From the NCBI RefSeq assembly GCF_006345805.1, contig NW_021832829.1:124001-188000 (forward strand): a DNA stretch of 64,000 nucleotides, read 5' to 3'. This stretch comes from Octopus sinensis. Taxonomy: Eukaryota. The notes below the pieces were generated by a model. The model was not told the DNA's origin. It ran no database searches and was given only the letters and a program-made list of their open reading frames with translations. The number at the start of each line of letters is the position of its first letter. The first letter of the stretch is position 1. The translations under genes and the position numbers were made by a program. This document shows positions 1 to 14,013 of the stretch, in pieces.

Positions 1-620
1 CGCTCTAAATATTCCATTTCTTATCTTCTGTCTCTTGAAATAAACGCAGGTTCTTTTTCCTCTTTAAATAATAGCTCGTTTAAAGTGATTTCGTGCTCAA
101 CAAATGGATTCCTCACCCAATCATATGGATGAAAAATAATTCTTTGAATTTATAAATAATGACTCCAAATGATTAATAATTAATGGAATAATTTCTTTAC
201 ACTTCCTTTCTTGCACATGAGAAAACATTTCCAAGTTTCCATTTGTTATATGTTTTTTAATATTTTATTTTTTTTCATAAAACCAGCTATTTTGTGTGTA
301 AAACTCAACAGATTTTCATTTCTTCTTTGCATATTGAGAACATTGAGTTTATTAAAATATCGGTAAAGCATGGTATCTTGCAACATTAACATTCATCATT
401 AGGGCATTTAATAAAGTTATCCAACTTGTCTTGTATGCAGAATGTCAAGAATTCGTGTCTTTGTTCATAGAAACGAATTAACATGTTTCCTTTGAGAGAC
501 ATCTTACTTCAGCATGGAAAAGCAAAAATGAATGTTCTGTATTTTCACAAAGTTTCAAGAACTTTCATAATTTCAACGGCCTCATTCTGATATAATTAAT
601 AATTTTTACAATATGTCCAA
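1..620 (-). mobile_element. Degenerate hAT (Buster/Charlie-type) transposase remnant
   Basis: Minus-strand translation gives FLLFHAEVRCLS, similar to the hAT-Buster LLFHTEVRWLS motif. Many stops and frameshifts. Confidence 0.6.
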
Positions 621-759
621 AAAAATTTAATGTCCAATAGTTTTTGCGACCAATGCCTCACGATGAAGAAAAAAATGCGTGTGAATTAATTTCGAATTTT
701 TATTTTTCGATATGCTTTTCTGATCTCCCCGGAACCCTTAAAATTTTGCGCAAAACTCA

Positions 760-2100
760 GGTTGGGAAACACTGCTCTGGAGAGATGTATTCTCAACACG
801 GTCGTTGCGCTCTTAAATCTTTAGTGCTTTACCAATACAATCTCTGCCGTAGACCTCCCTTCTCGGAACCCACTTTGACTTGCTTGTCGGTATTAATCCG
901 ACACACTTTTTATCTGGCTTAGTGCAATGTTTGGCAGCACCTTTCGCATCGAATTCAGGAGTATTAGGTCAGAGATTTTCAACTGGTCCGTTTGGTTTTT
1001 TTCGGTTTTTATGGGCATTAATAATGCATTTTCAATGCATAGATCGATATTAGTTTCAAAGATGTCATTTATGGGTTTTCTGTCGCTAAGTTTCTTTGGC
1101 CAATATTTTAGAAGCTGAGGGCTTATCTTGTCAGGCGATTTCACTTTTTCCACTGTGATTGGACTCTTCTTCTTCAGTTTATTTATCGCTAATTTCATCT
1201 CTTCCAATGTGATTGGGATTTTTAGCGCCTTTGCTTCTTTCTGGAAAGGAGTAAAGTCTTTATTTTCTTTATTCAACAGTGTTTCAAAGTGTCATGCAAT
1301 CAGTTCTGGGTTACTGGTTTTTCTTTCGGGTTACTCTTGTCAGACGTGTTTGGCACTTTTAGCCATAGCTCTCTGCGATGCTTTACCATATCTGGCACGT
1401 TTAGGGGTTATCTAATTTTAGGGCACGATAATTTTGAACTCCAAGAAATATATTGGCCGACTTTAAGATTACCTGCTTTGTTTGATCCCACAGAGTTTTT
1501 ACTGATGATTCGGGTGCGATTTTCTCCATAAGAGTCTCGATTTGCTTCCAATGTTTCTTTACAAATGTCTCTAACCTCAATTTTTTGTCTAAAAGTATAT
1601 ATTGGGATTTGGTCTTGCCTTTCAATGTATTTTTACCAGTTGGATGCTTTTTTACGCAGTTTTGCAATGAAGATCCTGTGGTCGCTATCAGTTCTTGTTT
1701 TTTATTCTGAATGTGTATTATTTAGCAGGTGGACTTTCTGCTAATAATGTAGTCTATTTGGTGACCTAATCACCACTTGAATGTTGCGCGACTTTAATTT
1801 TTCGAAATAATCGGGTTAATGAAATTCGTTAATCTTGTATAAACATTATTCTTAATAAGCACACTGGAAAACAATACAAAATAAGTGGATTGACAAAGAT
1901 ATCTGTCAGCACTTTGAGGTCAATGCTACGTCAAAAACGGCCTGCCGCCCGGTGTGATCTTGTGTGGGCTCGTGGAAAGATCTCCGAGCGAAGATGAGGT
2001 CCGTGTCGAGTGCATCGGGATCCCTTGATCACATTACCAATGAAAAATCTTCATTATGAAAAACCCTTCCGAAAACAATGACGTGCGGTGAGCGACGGTA
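760..2100 (-). mobile_element. Degenerate APE-type LINE remnant (endonuclease end, linker, RT start)
   Basis: HQIDYII and DSDHRIF (APE C-terminus) at about 1670-1750. ORF 893-1276 has PITLEEMKLAINKLKKKSP (pre-RT motif). Boundaries approximate. Confidence 0.6.
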
Positions 2101-2413
2101 GGAGGCTGACAAATGGGAACTGGGCGAATTGGCTTTTTCATTCGATTAGTTAGCTATGACTGTTTGTGCTGGGTTTGCCATGAAAGCTTGGGGGTTAATA
2201 AATAAATCGGGATCACGTGACTTTTGTGTGATTTTTATCGTGGTCTTGGCGGTTAAATAAATGAACTAATCATAATTAAATTTAAAGAATATCGATTAGA
2301 ACATTAACAGTCTGAACAACCAGGTCAGGTATCGATTGGTAAAAGTAACCTCTGAACAAAATAAATACCATTAATGTCACAAATATAATTTAATTGAACC
2401 AATCGAACAGCAC

Positions 2414-5400
2414 TTATAGGTCTGTCAATTCCACTTAATCACATAAAGAAGAATGATAAGACAAGTTATAAACATATAGTCAGTGCAGTTCACAAAAGGA
2501 ATATTCCCTTTAACCAAATCGGACTCCCATCCACAGTCATTCTTCTCCGCGCATGCTCGTTCCAAGACCACTAACATACACACACAAATATACTCTTTTC
2601 CCTGACCGTCCTACTCGCACAAACATTTCCGAATCGGGAATATCAGGCACACATCTCCTCAAACTAGACTTCCTCAAATTCCTAAAATGAATGCCTTCCC
2701 CAAACCTGGCCAGGAAAGGAATGCGAGCGCCGTCATTAGCCGGTCTACTCGGTCGAAGAGTGATTTCCAAAGAACGGGGATTCCTGTTCTGACATATTAG
2801 CACAAAGGAGATACAAAAATGAATTTGTAGAGTTGATAGACGTGGGACACTACCACAAAATATTCCCCAGGATTAACAAATCTGTCATACAACCTCATAA
2901 AACAAAATGACCCGTCATCAACACTATATTCTCGCATTACAATTCTCTGCAACTACAAAATAACACAAACCAATACATTTTTGGCAGAGTGGTACAATAG
3001 TTTGTCCACTGTGAATAACATAAATGCATTGACTCCAAACACTTCCCTCATCCGATCCTCAAAGGCGGAGGAGTCGACTACCCCATCCACCAAGTCACGA
3101 ATTAATTGAAGTCCATAAGAATAGTTCATTCTATCCCGTTCTGCCACGTGAATTGAGGGAATACTTGTATTGTCGAGTCCGACGAGTTGAGCAATCCCCG
3201 AGTCATCATCCAAGTCCTTTTCTCTTTGCATTCTCTCAGTAACAATCTCCTGTAATCGAGCAAGTCGATTGCACAATAAATGATGCAGTCTGAGGAAGCA
3301 GTACCAATGGACACCCCCATAAAACAGTCGCAAATCTTCCTCCACATCCCCAACACACCCACACTCTACAATAAGAAAAACTCACAAACCTTCATCATCA
3401 GACAAAACCCCACGAGATATAAACACCAAGTCAGCCAAGAACACATAAACCAATCGCTTAATCCTCGTTTTGTCCTCATTGGAGTCTAAATGGTCACCCA
3501 GTCAGTACAGTTCTGTCTCTTGACGTAATATATCAACAAATCAGCGGCGTCTTCCATCACTCCAATAGTCGAATAGTCCAACGTGACATGTGGCTCGACA
3601 GTCGGGTCTCTCGTCAGCTGGGCATGAGAGGGGCCACCAACATATCGCATCTTCTCAATCTCGTCACACAGTGCTCTAGTACGCAATGATTTGGACTCGG
3701 CTGTCTTGAAACATGAACTCTGATGGTCGAGTGACCGCAAATACGTCCTCTTCTGCACTCTCCCCCAATCCTCGTATAAAGCAGTCCTTCTGTTGAATAA
3801 CTCGTTGTAGGTCTTCTCCAATCTAACATTCGAAAACACCCACAACCTCGCCAACACAATCGGAATCACCTGAAATGGAAGACATTCCAACGAATTGACC
3901 ACAGACAAGTACTTTTCGTGGAATATTCTGCACATTCTCAAAATAAGAGTACCGATAAAGCACTGCATGAACCAACATTGGGGACAACAATCCTAGAGAG
4001 TCTCCCAACTTGACAGTGTTCGGGTTGAGCATCCCACGAATGACTGAATGGACTCCCCTTAGTGCCATAATACAGTCGTGTGTGCTCGTCAAGACATAAT
4101 CAAACTCAATCCTCTCATCCTCCACCCTACAACAATAAAAGAAGAGGTCACTTTGTCAATTGGTCTTGATAACAATTCTTCTTTGCCCTCAAATTCTCGT
4201 CGTCTTCATATGAGGGGAATGACACATGTGTTACATTCAGATTCTACAAATCAACATAAACGAGTACTGTCCGTGTGTTGTACAACACGGAGGATGACAA
4301 CGTCGATGGTAGTTGTCGATAGCTCTGTCCATATGGCTTAAATCCACTCACATCTACTCCTCACTCCAATCCAACCACCTTTCTTTACCTGAGGAGAAAC
4401 AGATCCATTCGACCTCCATTTTGTACACAAATACTTCAACTGGTCAAGCAGTGAGGGATACATACTACACATATATATAAAGACATCACCCCAATACTCC
4501 CTCCACATTACTTAATAGTCTACTCCGTGATATAATTCCTTCCTTGTATAGTCTGACTGATTCAATCAAGTTGTCGTACTCCCTCTGATCGACCAGAACA
4601 GTTTTAACCTACCACATCAGTCCACCTGATGACTACGCAGTCAAAAAAGGAATAGTCGGACAATAATTCCCCTCGACACTCCCCCAAAGGAGGTGTCGAA
4701 AGACCGTCATCCTAAATAATAATAAAATGAATTAAACCACTCACTTCCGCCACAACTTTGGCTGGGTGACCCACTAATGGAGAGGACTGTCTTTTCACTG
4801 GTGAAAACACTCCGTTTATCCGCAAAGACGACGTTTCTGGTGACTCGGAATATATATCCGAACAATGCAAGCCCGGCTGATCCACCAAGTTCTTAAACTG
4901 ACCAATCAACCCACAAAATACAACCTGAGGGATCAAATCGAGGAACTCATTCAACAAATTGGGCTCCTCTGTGAAGAGAGAGCAAATTTTTCTGAGTACA
5001 GTGTCCTCAGGGGTGAGGTTATTCTTCAGTGATGTGGGCGGATATCCTCGAGGAACCAATTTCAGGTCATTTTGGTAGTTTTGGATGACTTGAATGAAGG
5101 TCCAATAGTAGGAAGGGGCATATTTAAAGTGATCTTTCACTCTTTGTACAAATATTATGGATTTGTCGATTAAAGGGAGACCAGGACGGTCCTTCGTAGG
5201 ATTTTGGGAGGTCAAAGTGGGGATTTGAAGATATTGGGGGAGGTAGGAGTTAAATTTGTCGAGATATTGTGGATAGTCCTTAAAAACGAGAGATATTAGT
5301 CGAGTAAATTCTGATTCGACAATTCTACACCATAAAACAAACAACTACTCTTTGGCTTTAAACCTTCTGACTATTTCTATGAGTGGTTGGAAGATTGATT

Positions 5401-5485
5401 GCCCAGAGGGAGTGTCTCGCACTGTCTTGAGGTAGTTCATTGCTCCTGTAAACTCGTCGCTGTCCACAGCTCTAGCAGTAAACAT
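2414..5485 (-). CDS. SIN3: Paired amphipathic helix corepressor Sin3, multi-exon with tiny introns
   Basis: PAH1 (AMNYLKTVR...FKDYPQYLDKFNSYLP) and PAH2 (FVQRVKDHF...LFTEEPNLLNEFLDLIP). HDAC-interaction motif YLRSLDHQSSCFK. C-terminal FYGGVHWYCFLRLHHLLCNRL and AFEDRMREVFGVNAFMLFTVDKL. ATG at 5485; 3' end approximate. Confidence 0.93.
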
Positions 5486-5749
5486 GTTCTATAAATGATA
5501 AGACAGAAATATAACCTGAATTATTCCTTGTTTATTGTCGTTATGAGAGTGCATTTTTATATCTGAGAATTGATTATTATATATTATGTTAGCTAACCAC
5601 AATGCGTGTCTATACTGATTTTATAATTTATTGATTATTCGTTAACCGTATTATTTTTAAAATATTATTTAATTTTAAAGACAGAATTATTGTAAATTAA
5701 TAATTAAAATTTTTATTTTTCTACGGCTGATCAAATTTGTCAGAAACGG

Positions 5750-5960
5750 AATACAGGTACTCATTGTCGACTCTGTCAAAGCCTTTTCGACATTTATTCA
5801 GGTAAAGAATAACTGGCTTTTATTCTGCTGGTGGATTCTTTTATTTAAGATTGCCTGCTTTTTGGAACTCTGGCAAATCGATTTGGTTTATAGTTACTGA
5901 ATTTTACGCATCTATCAACAATTTACGCACTTTTTAATACACAATTTACGCATTTCCTTG
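5750..5960 (-). mobile_element. RT fragment of an REL-type (R2/R4 superfamily) non-LTR retrotransposon
   Basis: QAILNKRIHQQN...GFDRVDNEYL matches QALLNQCIHQQN of the fragment at 35.6-36.3 kb. Confidence 0.5.
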
Positions 5961-7315
5961 CAAGATTTTCACAACTTTGTCTTTGGTATAAGACAAGTGA
6001 TTCCAGTATAGAATAAAACTTGCTACTTTTTTGTTTATTCTAAACAATTTTTCAGAAGAAGAGACAATCTATTTCGTTTTGCACTGACGAAAAATCATAA
6101 GCTAGTTAAGTTTTCTTTGTGTTTCAGTTAGTACTTTATTGCACATGGTTTCCTCTATTATTTGCTGATGTTCGTATTTCATTGAGATCCTCTCTATTTT
6201 GAATTGTTTGTTTATTCCTGCTAAATCTTCGTTCAATGCGGTAGGTAGGGCGGCTCTAGGCCTTCTACGGAATGCCCTTTTGGATCAAAAAATAGCTTTT
6301 CGTCGCGATATTCAGCGGAGTGAGACTGCCCAGTCTTAATATGTGTCTAAAAAGTCGCCATCTTGAAATCGGGGTTTTCACTGAGATCGGACTCGAATTG
6401 TATCTTTTTGTATTAAATCTGAGTTTGATATTTTTCTTGGAAATTGTATGTTTATAATTTTTCTCAGTTGGTTTCTATAAAATTGGTTAAAACTGAAAGA
6501 TAATATCAATCACTGTGAATAATTAAATTCTCTCAAGACAAAACTAAACATTTAATACACGTTTGTTGTCCTTGTCCTGACGTATAACGGATCGACATGG
6601 GGAAATACCAATGAACAGTTTGAACAGATTTTTTTGTTTAATCTCTTATAAAACATCTTGGGTTAAGATCAATTGTGTTTTCTTGATTCGGAAGTCTGAG
6701 TTTCTTTTTTAGAATATTTATTTGGTCCTAAATTCACACAATAATTTTCTCATATTTCCTTTCTTGAAGTTTCGGTACTAATATTGGACAAAGTGTCCAA
6801 TCCAACGCTATTTTCTGTTTTGTGTTGGCAATTGATATAATTACCTGGAGTTGTCCTTTACTGTTAACTACTTCGTCGGTCTACACATTTTCCATTATAA
6901 TAATACTCGAGAGAGTTTGCTGTCCGGCATAGAAAATATCCGTGCTATCAGGAATAATTTTATAAACTACCAAATCGAGGAATTAATCCCAGATAAGACT
7001 TCTTTTTTGACAAATTGATACAAAACTTTTTTATTCGGCTCGAGAAATTCACAAAAAAATTAATTTTATTTTCAGTATTTGAAAAACAAGTGCATTTAAA
7101 AAAAATTTCAAATTTGACATTTACAATCAATGATCCTCATGTACGGCTGGTTTTTTAGTCAAGTTTCAAAAAGGATTTGACACAGCGCATCGATCGCTCA
7201 GTCTACGTTAGTTTGTCTCTCAAAAGCCTTCGCAGATAGATCATTTAGCTTAAAAGAAACATACGCATTACAATAAACACTTTGACAATCTCATAAAATA
7301 TCGATTTATTATTTT

Positions 7316-8404
7316 TTAGATCAATTTACGTCTGTAACTCAACAGAATGCCATAGTCAGTCATTGCCATTTGTTTGCAGAGATTATTTTTTTGGCCAAAT
7401 TGAGTGAGAGAATATCCGTAGGTCTTTCCGTTCCAGGATTCTGTGTTTTCTGTTAAAAGAGATTTGTTCATTGTGCGTGTCAAAACACATTTTTTGTACA
7501 TTTCCTCAGATTTTCCACGCAAAGAAATTAAGTCTGTCAAAAACTGGTCAATGTTCAGACGACTGAGCTTCTTTTTAAAAAGAGAAAGTGCAGCCGAATA
7601 CAAGGCGGTGTCCACGTCATTCCACTCAGTAATTTTTGACCTGAGCCGCTCTAATGACGGGGTGACTGGTTGTTGGTTCAATCTGAAGTAAATGAGGTCA
7701 GAAATATTCCACCCAGTCACTTGTTTAAATAAAACCAGCGACTCGTCAAAGTAATTTGATATCATTATTAAATCAAAGCTAGAGAGGGTTTCTCTTACAA
7801 ACACGTCCACTTGTTCTTTTGTATAGTTCTTTCTAGAGTCAAACCCGAATTCGAATGCCATCGGATTCCTGAGGAAATTGTTGTTGTGTGATTTATAAAA
7901 TTGATGAGGGTTATTTATGAAAGTCTCCAGTCCGTTCTTTGCCTTGAGTCCCAATATGTAGTAAAGATTAAAGAATTTGAAAGCTGAATCGAATTGTGCA
8001 ACTGGGTCTCTCAGAATAGTGACATAAATTGTCTCCTTTTTCATGATTTTGAAAATTTCAGTTTTGTTGAATCGAAAGTGGAAATAAAGCATATCAAAGG
8101 GCGCCGTAGATACTTCATGGACACTGGAACTGGTAAAAAACTTGAATTTATTTCCAAAAAAAGTCGATTGGAGTCCAAGTGGAACGGCAACTTTCAACTT
8201 GTGTTTGAGGGCGAATCTTTCTAATATGTTGACCACAGTGCTGCTTGCACACTTGTGAGTTTTATGCAGAACTATCTGCTTGATCACTTTTTTTTCGACT
8301 ATTTTCCCATTAGTGACAATACGGTGACAGAAATATATGAAAGCACTCAGGTATGCAACAAGTAGTAGTACTTTATAATTCCTGGGAAATTTATATCTCA
8401 TCAT
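7316..8404 (-). CDS. Galactose-3-O-sulfotransferase family protein (type II membrane), single exon, 362 aa
   Basis: N-terminal hydrophobic anchor, PAPS-binding HKTHKCASST, ILRDPVAQFDSAF and FDLIMISNYFDESLVL motifs of the GAL3ST family. The paralog cannot be assigned. Confidence 0.9.
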   Translation of the reverse strand: MMRYKFPRNYKVLLLVAYLSAFIYFCHRIVTNGKIVEKKVIKQIVLHKTHKCASSTVVNILERFALKHKLKVAVPLGLQSTFFGNKFKFFTSSSVHEVSTAPFDMLYFHFRFNKTEIFKIMKKETIYVTILRDPVAQFDSAFKFFNLYYILGLKAKNGLETFINNPHQFYKSHNNNFLRNPMAFEFGFDSRKNYTKEQVDVFVRETLSSFDLIMISNYFDESLVLFKQVTGWNISDLIYFRLNQQPVTPSLERLRSKITEWNDVDTALYSAALSLFKKKLSRLNIDQFLTDLISLRGKSEEMYKKCVLTRTMNKSLLTENTESWNGKTYGYSLTQFGQKNNLCKQMAMTDYGILLSYRRKLI

Positions 8405-8606
8405 TGACTATATCAATTCATCTTTTTTTTAAAAAGACGCTAATTAACTACTTAATTGTCTAATAATTATTGTAGCATATGTCACTGACTGTAAAATGTC
8501 AATAATTTTCTGAATTTGTATTTTTTTAGTCACATATAGAAATCACTTCATTTATGGTTCATAAATATTTTGTAGATTAATAATTTTGTGTTAAATTGAC
8601 ATATTA

Positions 8607-11600
8607 TTAGTCACCCATCACCTCCATCACAGTGGCCTGATAAAAGTCTTTCATTCCTGACTCGACATCACCCTGAGTTATCTTAATTCGGGAAAGTAAA
8701 TGCAGTGCTTCTATGTCTTGTGGGAAATATGTCAAATCTATTCTCATCACCAACAATTATTCACATTTTGAACATGAATTTCGAGCCTCATCCCCTCTTC
8801 CGAGTGCATACAAAATACTCGCCTTCACCAACAAAAAATGCCGACTCACTTTCAAACGAAAAGCATTTTCGATCGCGTACCACGCCATCTTAAAATTGTC
8901 ATTTTTAAACTATTTAATAAATGGGATTTAATTCCCTCATACGTAAATGACAGCCATCCTCCCATATGACACTCCGTCGAGTTTATTTGCAAACACACAT
9001 TTTTGTGAGTGGGCAATTGCCTACCATTTCTAAAATCGCGTACTTCTTTAAACAGTCCTTGTTTGATGCAAATCGACGCCATGTTGAAATTTGCAGAGTA
9101 ATAGTCTTCTTGCAAGACTAAGGCTTCATACAAATCTCTCTTTGCTTCACACATGTTTCCCATAAGCTGGAAATATGTGAAGAGTAATAAACCATGTTTA
9201 TACACCCTCTGTTGGACAAATTGACTGGACTTGGTCTCACACGAATAGCCTCAGTCAGTTCTGCAAACGCATCAACTAGTTGCCCCATCGACACGTGAAG
9301 CAATGATAATTCCGTCCTTGCCTCATCATAGTCCACTACTTCATATAACAAGACTACTCGGGTTGTGGCTAATCAAATGCTGCAACAGTCGACGGGACGC
9401 GGCGTACTTCCCCGATGCGTGGAGAAGAATTGCCTGGTTAATTTTCGCGGAATAATTGTTGGGAGAAATGGCCAAAGCACTCTCCACGTCCTTTCTATGA
9501 CCAATATGTGGGCAAATTATACAAAGCCAAATCATAGAGTCCTCCCTGCATATACAGGGCGTTCCCGCGCAGAATGTAAGCATCGCACAGTCCCAAGTTT
9601 TGACTAATCTTATCGGACGTGCACTCAATCACGTTTTGGTAGTTTTCAAGACTAGAAAGTCGTTTAACTTATATAAACCGAAGCTGACATTTTGCGTACA
9701 TTAAGGTACCCCACTCTGTGTGGATATTGCTAAAATCACGTCCTGCTTTTTCAAAATCTTCCTTTTTAAAATATATCATTCCCCGTTGTGTTAAAGCCTA
9801 GAAAACTAAAAAAGTAGCTCACTTGGCTTAGAAGAGCTGAGTACTGTTCCTCAATGATGTACGTGTATAGTTGTATTGCCTTGATATGATTAAAGGGGAT
9901 ACCTGAGTGTCATTATCCAATTTTTCACAACACAGCGCCTTCGTATAAAGACTGTAAAAGTTGAATTTATTTAGGGAAATTGAGCGATTCAAATCCTCCA
10001 GTCCTAATTCAAAATGTGACATTATGCATTTGAGGGCACCTCTGTGACAAACTCAGTCGTTAATCAAACCTCAACAGAAAGTAGAGCGAGTTGCAATTCT
10101 TAATTCGGATGGAATTGTTGCACTGGCTAATGGCCTTCGAGTAGCGCTGCTGAGAGGCAAAGTAAATGGCTAGACACGCGTATGCCTAGGATGGGGACTC
10201 CAACCAACCTCGTGAAAGTCAGGATTTAAATTCAAAGCTTCCAAAAAGTATTCTTCGGCCTCTGAGTTGTTTTTAAGCGACAATAGAGAAACTCCGTAGA
10301 GATAGTGAGCCTTGAGTAAGGTGAGGATGAAACCATGTATGATCGACTGTTCAGTTTGATTGATTTGTACAAAAGTTCCCGGGCAGTTTTTTTGGAATTG
10401 AGAATAAGTTGGCAGTGTCCGCGGAGTTTTAGGATTTCTGCATATCTTTTGGGATTCTCTTCCTGGGAATTCTTCTGAATAAATTTAAATTAAAAGACAT
10501 GCTCACATATCGACTCTCGGCAGTCTCAAGACACTTGTCTGCCTCATTCCAATTCTGATTGAGCATAAGTCCATTCGCAGTGAGAATGTAGGCTTCCATA
10601 TTGTCCAAACAGTCCTGATCAGGCTATTACTTATCCCCTCACTTTTTTGGTCTCCACATCTCCCAAAAATGCTCTTAACTCCGAACTGGAATTGATTTCC
10701 GAATCGCGTGAGAAAATAGAGGCGATCGCCCTTTCGTTGAAATGGGGGACAACCTTATGGAGGTTGAGGATGTCTCCAAGTCTTTGAGTTTGAGCAACAA
10801 TTTCCCCTAAGCCTAAAAAAATAGACAGACTCTCAAAATATAAGCCTCTTTGTGGAAGGGGAACAAATATATTATTTTGTCATATTCCCTTAGAGCCTGC
10901 TTGTTCTGGAAATAAGTGGATATATCCTCACCTTGTTCAAGATAATGTAGCAGTGAGCCATTCCCAGGTATGCCTCGATATTTTCGAATTCGTGGTTGGC
11001 CATTTCCATAAATTTGGCGAGTGCGCTAACTTATACACTGAATGAGCACAGTTTGTATTTCTGCTCTTTCAAGTAGACCAAAGCGAGTCCTTTGAGGGCA
11101 CGAATGTCCTTGGTCGTTCTAAATATTTTCTCGAATGTAGAGATAGCTTCCGAATATCTACCACTCACCGGGAAGGGAACCTCTCCAATTTTAATTCCAA
11201 GTAGCCCAGTGCGAAAGAGACCTCCTGATTAGAGGGGTCCTGTTCTTGTGCCTTCTTCAACAGTCTGAAAGCCTTGATTGGCTGAATCCTGCAAATATTG
11301 GACTAAAAACACCTTCTGAGAATGGAGGCATACAAATAATAGCATTCGCTGTTATCTCCGTCGATTTTTAAGGTACGAATGCACGAATCCAAGGCATCCT
11401 TCCACCGTTCGAGACAGATTTGGCATTTAATTTGAAGAATATACGCTTCGGATGTAGTTTGCCCCTGTTGATGAATTTGATCAATCATTTGGAGACATTT
11501 CTTGTGGTTCCTCAACGTCAGTGAACAATCCAACCCAATAGTGTACTCCAAGTGGGCTATTTTAAAGAGAGCTGATGTCTCGTCCGGGTTGATTTCATAG

Positions 11601-13732
11601 CACTGTCGATAAAGCGATATTGCCTTCTCTATATTGGTCTAACAGTTCTTTACAACTGACAAACCTCTTCCAGTATTTTTGCCTGCTCAAACAGCACGTA
11701 GGATTTTCGATGTCCCAAATCCCAGCATTGTTTATAACATGCCACCGCCTCCTGTTTTCTGCCCTTGAATTTAAGGATCTCAGCTCTTGCTCGATAATGT
11801 TACCAAAACAACTTGGAAAGATAAATTAAAGCAAAATTTGGGTCTCTGGCCTCCAAATGTCTCAACTCGTCAAGAGCTTCGTCGTAATTTGCTGTTTTAA
11901 GGTAAATAAAATGCTGCTCCCAATATGCCTGCAGATAAGTCGGTCTCGTCTTTATTGCTCTAAGAATAACCCCACAAGACGAACTGTAGAGTGTCCTCAT
12001 ATGCCATTTCCAGTTCATTGCCCTGCAGTAGAGATTCTGGACCAAACCTTTCTTTCAGCTGTTGCTCGCTGTATGAGATAGATGTGTTGAAGCTCATCCG
12101 CCTTACGTATTTTCTCGGAAACAAGTCGCATTTCATTCTCCACCTCAACTTGGTTATCCGACTCTTCCACGTTGTTGGTTTGCCATTTCCAATCTTTGGC
12201 TTCTCTTAAAGCCTGTTGACAGATCGAAGATTGGAGTACATCTCTAATTGTCAATCCTTCCAAATAAAACACCAAAATATACTTGAATAAGGAACTTTGA
12301 CAAAATAGTCATCCTCTGTTTGGGGATTTCTTTCTTGAGCTTTCTGATGCATAATTTCGAGAATGTCATTTGAGGGTTGGTCAACTGCCTCTGAATATTC
12401 GTCCTCCAAAAGACCATTAAAGGACCCCCTTCTTGAAGGATTCCTAATTATATCAAACTATTCAACCAACGGTCTATCGACTGATTCTAAAAATAATTAG
12501 TGACAAAACCACCCAAAACATCCTCGTCCAAAAATAGGTAATGGTCGCGTCTAATTGTGAACTAATCACTTTACTTGTCAAAATTATAAAAACTGTGCTC
12601 CTTAAAAAACATGATCTAAAAATAGATCCCCAAACAAGTACATCTTCCGGAAAAAAGTGAGGACATAATTTTTCTACGACTCGACTTGGTTTTGAAATGA
12701 CAAGTGGTGGTACCACATAGTTAAAGTCTTTGACCTTGTTTATATGTTTTTTCGACGTCTGAAAAGCCTCCTGCGAACTAAACCCCAAAATCCACCTCTT
12801 CTGTCACCAGAAAACATGGCAGCGACGATTGACTGGTAAAAGAGGCAACGTCCTCACAAGAAAGCTGTCGTTTCAAGTTGGGAATCTGACCTACTGCACC
12901 CTGATTGTCCAACCTGATGAATTTGCCTGTTTATAAAACTCTGATGAATTATTTTTTGTTTATTAGACGACAGCAGATCGGACTGATTACCCAAACAAAA
13001 AATATGCGAATTTATTTCTTGCCGAACAACCGTGTCCTTCTCATCCACGTCACAGCCGAACGTCCCTGCCTTCACCGAAAAAGGCGTGATGGACAAGCAA
13101 CACTCAATTGGGGTCTCCGAAACAGTCTGATGACTTATAAATAGTCATTACCGTCTTCACGGTGAGGTTCTCGAAAGGGGCTACGAATTATTATTTTGTA
13201 TTATACCAGGGAGGACAATTCTCTTGTCGTTTCTTTAATATTTTAAATTATTTTTTTACCGAATTGAGATATTTTTTGGTTTTGTGATGATTTTTGCTTT
13301 TTCTGTTGGATTTTTGTCAAATTTGTACTCGACCAAGGCTCTTTCCATTATTATTTCTTGATACATCTAGCCAATTGGGTTCAGAATGTATACATTCTCT
13401 AATCGACGAATTTCCCCATTCTTTGTAGGTCGAGTAATCACTTTAATGGATGCCGACTGCTCCCTTGCTTTAGAAATAATGTTTCCAGTCTCACGACAAA
13501 TCCCAAGTTTGGGAATATTAGGAGGACAGACGTATTTTCCCAGAGGTTGGATCTGTTTTTTGTCGACTTTACGAAATTTCAGTGTCGGGGATTTCTGCAG
13601 AATTGGACGAGGGATAGTACCTTAGGAGCAAAGTCTAAATCCAATATTTCTCCCACTCGACACATTCTGCATGATTATTCGAATGTACCTAAGTCGGCTT
13701 CTTCTCTGGTCTGTGGTCTCATAAGTGGACAT
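8607..13732 (-). CDS. Large multi-exon TPR-repeat protein with basic N-terminal region (TTC6-like, tentative)
   Basis: Many TPR-like segments (e.g. LGLEDLNRSISLNKFNFYSLYTKALC; RDLYEALVLQEDYYSANFNMA) joined by short GT-AG introns. Candidate ATG 13732, TAA 8607. Continuity of the N-terminal part is inferred. Confidence 0.65.
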
Positions 13733-14013
13733 TGGGACACCAATGGAAACTATTTAGTTAGTGACAATATTTTATTTGTATGTTTAATTGATAATAAATT
13801 TAATTATTTAATAGTTTTAAATAATTCGTTTATTCATTTAGTTTGTTTACCTACCGTATAATCATCTTTAATAGATTAGAAAACATTATGAATAAATATT
13901 ATGATATTTTTTAATATTATTATAATGTTTTTTAATTTGTAAATATTTTTTTAAGAAATTACCCTAAGAAATATTTTTAAATAGATTATTCGATCCCTGA
14001 TAGCTAATACCTA

